A stretch of DNA of 25,738 nt from a virus. Taxonomy: Duplodnaviria > Heunggongvirae > Uroviricota > Caudoviricetes. This document shows positions 22,626-25,738 of this stretch, in pieces; the stretch's first letter is position 1; each line of letters starts with the position of its first letter. The stretch covers positions 64,492 to 90,229 of IMG/VR virus record IMGVR_UViG_3300024287_000004. One strand, written 5' to 3'. A program made the translations under genes and the position numbers. The notes beneath the pieces were generated by a model. It made no database searches. It saw only the letters and a program-made list of their open reading frames with translations, and was not told the DNA's origin.

Positions 22626-22643
22626 TGCCTGCTAGCTAACTGC

Positions 22644-22672
22644 TTGACAAGCTAGCTAAAAGGTGATATAAT
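22644..22672 (+). promoter_or_regulatory. Consensus sigma70 promoter for chaperone/tape-measure genes
   Basis: Perfect TTGACA-17-TATAAT flanked by GCTAGCTA motifs. Confidence 0.85.
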
Positions 22673-22740
22673 CCGGGCACAAACGCCGCGAGGCGTACGT
22701 AAGTAAAAATCTACCATTATAACACACAAAAGGAACTACC

Positions 22741-23172
22741 ATGTCATTTGATATCGCATCTCTTTCGATTAACGAATCTACCGTACTGCACTTGACGCAC
22801 CCCGGAACTGGCGAAAAGCTGTACGCCGACGATGCTAAGAAAAAGCCAATCACTATCACTGTGGGTTCTACTAGCTCGCGTGAATACCGCGACTACATGG
22901 CTGGTGTACGTAACCGTAACCTGCAACGCCAGCGTGCCGCTAAGGGCCGTGACGTTATCATTACCCCGGCTGAACAACTGGAAGAAGGTCTCGGCCTGCT
23001 AACCGCAGTTTGCTTTGGCGCAGAAAATCTGGTGTACAACGGTAAGGCCGTGAAAACATCGGCTGACTTCCGCGAACTACTGGATGACCCTAAAATGTCG
23101 TGGGTTAAAGAGCAAGTTGACCAGACAGTGGGTAGCGTTGACGTTTTTATCAAGGAGTCGTTGACGCACTAA
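22741..23172 (+). CDS. Tail assembly chaperone (gpG-like)
   Basis: Between tube and tape measure; L.L.HP.TGE...ITITV motif. Confidence 0.8.
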   Translation: MSFDIASLSINESTVLHLTHPGTGEKLYADDAKKKPITITVGSTSSREYRDYMAGVRNRNLQRQRAAKGRDVIITPAEQLEEGLGLLTAVCFGAENLVYNGKAVKTSADFRELLDDPKMSWVKEQVDQTVGSVDVFIKESLTH

Positions 23173-23225
23173 TTCTTTACGTCCGGCAGGAGGCGTTCTA
23201 TAACGCCACCCCGGAAGGCAAGAAG

Positions 23226-23729
23226 ATGAGTCGTGCTGAGGAAATCGAGCGGAGTATCGAACAGCACGACAAGCAAAAAGTTATTAAGCAACACAGCGAC
23301 GACGACTCCGAATCAGAGTTTGAAGATTTGGAACCGCCTCCCGTAGCTGTGATTGAGCGACAAGAGATTCCCATGCCTGAGCTTGTGCCGGGGTCGGAAT
23401 ACCTTGTCGCTTTTTTGCATTCTGCTGGGACGGCAACAGCAACCGGAATGGGCCTAACCGGGTTGTCATGGCAAGAGCTTGAGGCATGGGCCAAGTGCAC
23501 CGATAACATCGGTATTGTAAGTCCAAGGGATATGAAGATTCTCCACACACTCAGCAGAGCATACGCGAATGAATACGCTAGAGCGTCTAAAAAGGATGCT
23601 AAGCCACCGTATGAGCCTAATGTTGTGTTGGACGAAGAAGTACGCGAAGTGGTTTCTAATAAGGTGGATGACCTCTTTGCGAGTTTGGTAGCCTTCCAAT
23701 CAAAGGGAGGTAAGAATAAAGGGAAATAA
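23226..23729 (+). CDS. Tail assembly chaperone second ORF (gpT-like), probably a -1 frameshift extension
   Basis: -1 frame is open from 23142; GLSWQELEAW motif; precedes the tape measure gene. Confidence 0.75.
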   Translation: MSRAEEIERSIEQHDKQKVIKQHSDDDSESEFEDLEPPPVAVIERQEIPMPELVPGSEYLVAFLHSAGTATATGMGLTGLSWQELEAWAKCTDNIGIVSPRDMKILHTLSRAYANEYARASKKDAKPPYEPNVVLDEEVREVVSNKVDDLFASLVAFQSKGGKNKGK

Positions 23730-25738
23730 TGGCAACAACAGACATTTCAGTATTGCAGGTAAAAGTTACCAGCACAGGTATTACTGATACTGCCAATAAG
23801 CTTGATAAGCTAGCCCAAAATGCCGACAAGGCCGAACAAGCGGTTAGAAAGCTTGGAACTCAAGTCCTTGCGTCTAACAACGGCTTGGCCTCTTCGTCAG
23901 GCGTGGTAGTAGCTCTGACTAACGCCCTGCTACAGCTTAATAGCACATTGAGTAGCGTAACTGTTCAGACTAACACTAACACAAACGCAATCAGGAGCCA
24001 CACGTCAGCAATGCGTGACGCGCACGACGCCGCCCGTGGTCTTGCTGGTTCGCTGGGTGCGCTATGGGTAACCTACGGAAATATGCTGCCTCTGGCGGCA
24101 GGCTTGGCCGTTGGTGCTTCACTTAAAGGTATAATCTCATCAGGTGCCGAAGTGGAACATGCAATTGAGTCCTTGCGAGTAAAAGGCGAAGAGTCAGTAG
24201 AAACCGCCAACAAAATCCGTGAGTCGGTACTGTCCATCGGGCAGGGCGTTTACGGGCCACGTGAAGTGGCTAAGGCGTTCGATGCCTTGATTCTAGCTGG
24301 TCTTAGCGGCAAGGAAGCTATTGATGCTGTTAAAGCATCCCTGAACCTTGCAACCGCTGGCGGCGATAAAATCGAGAAGGCCGCTGAGTCGCTGGTAACC
24401 ATCGGTACAGCCGTTGGTGCCACATCCAAGCAATACGACTACCTAGCTGATGGAATCTCCAAAGCTGCTAACGTATCGCTTGCATCGGTCAATAGTATTT
24501 CAGAAGCCGTTAAGCGCGGCTCTGTAGTGAACAAGTTGTACGGTGCGACGTTTGAAGATATCCTTGTCCAAGCGTCAGCCCTGTCCCAGTTGGGTATTAA
24601 GAACAGTGCCGCTGGTACTGCTATCTCCAACTTCTATGCCGATGCTACAGGTAAGACAGAGAAGGCTAAGAACGCTCTTAAAGAGCTAGGTATGTCATTC
24701 TTCGATGCCACCGGGCGAGCTAAGCCGTTGGTGGCGGTGCTGGAAGAATTTCAGGAAAGACTCAACAAGTTTACTGAGGGCAAGCAAAAGAGCCTGATTC
24801 AAGATATCTTTGGCGAACGTGGTTTGCGTGACGTAGTAGGTCTGCTGGCTATGGTGAATAGCCAGTCTGATTCGGCTAAAAATAAGCTCGAAGAAATGTC
24901 GCAAGCTATTAAAAATGCGGCAGGCACTTCGGCCCTAGCTTCTGCCCAGTTGGCTCTTACGACTGAAAACCAATTGAAGTCGGTAAAGAACACGCTTGAA
25001 ACTACTTTCGTCAAGGTGTTTAACCAGATTGAGCCAGAAATCAACATCCTTGCTGGGGCGCTTAGAAAGGCGTTTAACTCGCCCGAGTTTGAAAGTGGGT
25101 TGGGTGCGCTTGCAAGTGGCGTTGCTAGCCTGATTAAGCTCATTGTGGAGTACAGCAACGTTCTATTGCTAGCTGTGGATGGAATGTTGCTATGGAAAGC
25201 CGCCACGGTTGGGGGAGAGCTATTTACAGCAGTCGCCATTGGCGCTCAAAAAGCCGCACAAGCTATGGGGTTGCTAGCAGCAAGCACAGACGCAGCAGCT
25301 ATTGCCGCAGGCGGCTTCACGCGTGCTCTGGGCCTTGTTGGTGCTATCCTTGCCGTTGTAGGCACTGGATGGGCGTTGTACAGCGCAGCAACGCACGAAG
25401 CAACGGATAAGGCCAAGGAAAAGGCTGATGCCTACACTTCTAACTACCTTGAAGTTCTTGAGCAAGAGGCAGAACGACTTGCAAAGACTAACAAGCTGAT
25501 GGAAGAAGGTAAGACCGCAGCAGAAGCCCAAGCTAACGCTACACGGGAACTTGCTCTGGCTAAAGCCCAGTCCGTCAACCAAGACTTGATTGATGCGGCC
25601 TTGAAGAAGCGAAATGCTGCCGCAGAAGAAGCCGCCAAAGGCCCCGGAATTGGCCGTAGCGCAAACGACTTCGCAAGAAGCCAGCTTGCTTTGAAAGCCG
25701 CACAGAAGGAGCTAGATGACGCTGTTGAGGCATCTGCA
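23729..25738 (+). CDS. Tail tape measure protein (truncated by window end)
   Basis: ATG overlaps TAA (TAATG); open Ala/Leu-rich helical frame MATTDISVLQVKVTSTG... to the window end; GGGAGG upstream. Confidence 0.93.
   Translation, partial: MATTDISVLQVKVTSTGITDTANKLDKLAQNADKAEQAVRKLGTQVLASNNGLASSSGVVVALTNALLQLNSTLSSVTVQTNTNTNAIRSHTSAMRDAHDAARGLAGSLGALWVTYGNMLPLAAGLAVGASLKGIISSGAEVEHAIESLRVKGEESVETANKIRESVLSIGQGVYGPREVAKAFDALILAGLSGKEAIDAVKASLNLATAGGDKIEKAAESLVTIGTAVGATSKQYDYLADGISKAANVSLASVNSISEAVKRGSVVNKLYGATFEDILVQASALSQLGIKNSAAGTAISNFYADATGKTEKAKNALKELGMSFFDATGRAKPLVAVLEEFQERLNKFTEGKQKSLIQDIFGERGLRDVVGLLAMVNSQSDSAKNKLEEMSQAIKNAAGTSALASAQLALTTENQLKSVKNTLETTFVKVFNQIEPEINILAGALRKAFNSPEFESGLGALASGVASLIKLIVEYSNVLLLAVDGMLLWKAATVGGELFTAVAIGAQKAAQAMGLLAASTDAAAIAAGGFTRALGLVGAILAVVGTGWALYSAATHEATDKAKEKADAYTSNYLEVLEQEAERLAKTNKLMEEGKTAAEAQANATRELALAKAQSVNQDLIDAALKKRNAAAEEAAKGPGIGRSANDFARSQLALKAAQKELDDAVEASA

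Noticed and set aside
13494-25638. Opposite-strand and alternate-frame ORFs overlapping terL, portal, capsid and tape measure
   Set aside because: Shadow ORFs of well-supported structural genes with no independent signals

Overview
This is a 25.7-kb segment of a tailed dsDNA phage. A tail tube and tape measure with no sheath gene suggest a siphovirus; a proteobacterial, possibly betaproteobacterial, host is only a weak inference. There are three zones. (1) 1-5.75 kb is a minus-strand accessory arm: small membrane/lipoproteins, an HD-domain small alarmone hydrolase, a GC-richer block of prophage-like Zn-finger/hypothetical genes and a serine recombinase. (2) ~5.9-13.2 kb starts with an AT-rich divergent-promoter region and a possible terS, followed by a ~6.6-kb RNA island. 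The island holds 23 tRNA genes covering all 20 amino acids (many structurally odd), two paralogous HNH proteins and many structured spacers. It also holds a TROVE/vWA (Ro60/Rsr-like) gene flanked by four covarying Y-RNA-like elements, one of which contains a complete circularly permuted tRNA. (3) 13.2-25.7 kb is the morphogenesis module: nuclease, terL, portal, S49 protease, scaffold, decoration, capsid, HNH, neck, tail tube, chaperones with a probable -1 frameshift, and a truncated tape measure. The standout is the Ro60 + four-Y-RNA module inside the tRNA island. All RNA structures were paired by eye; no folding program or database search was run.
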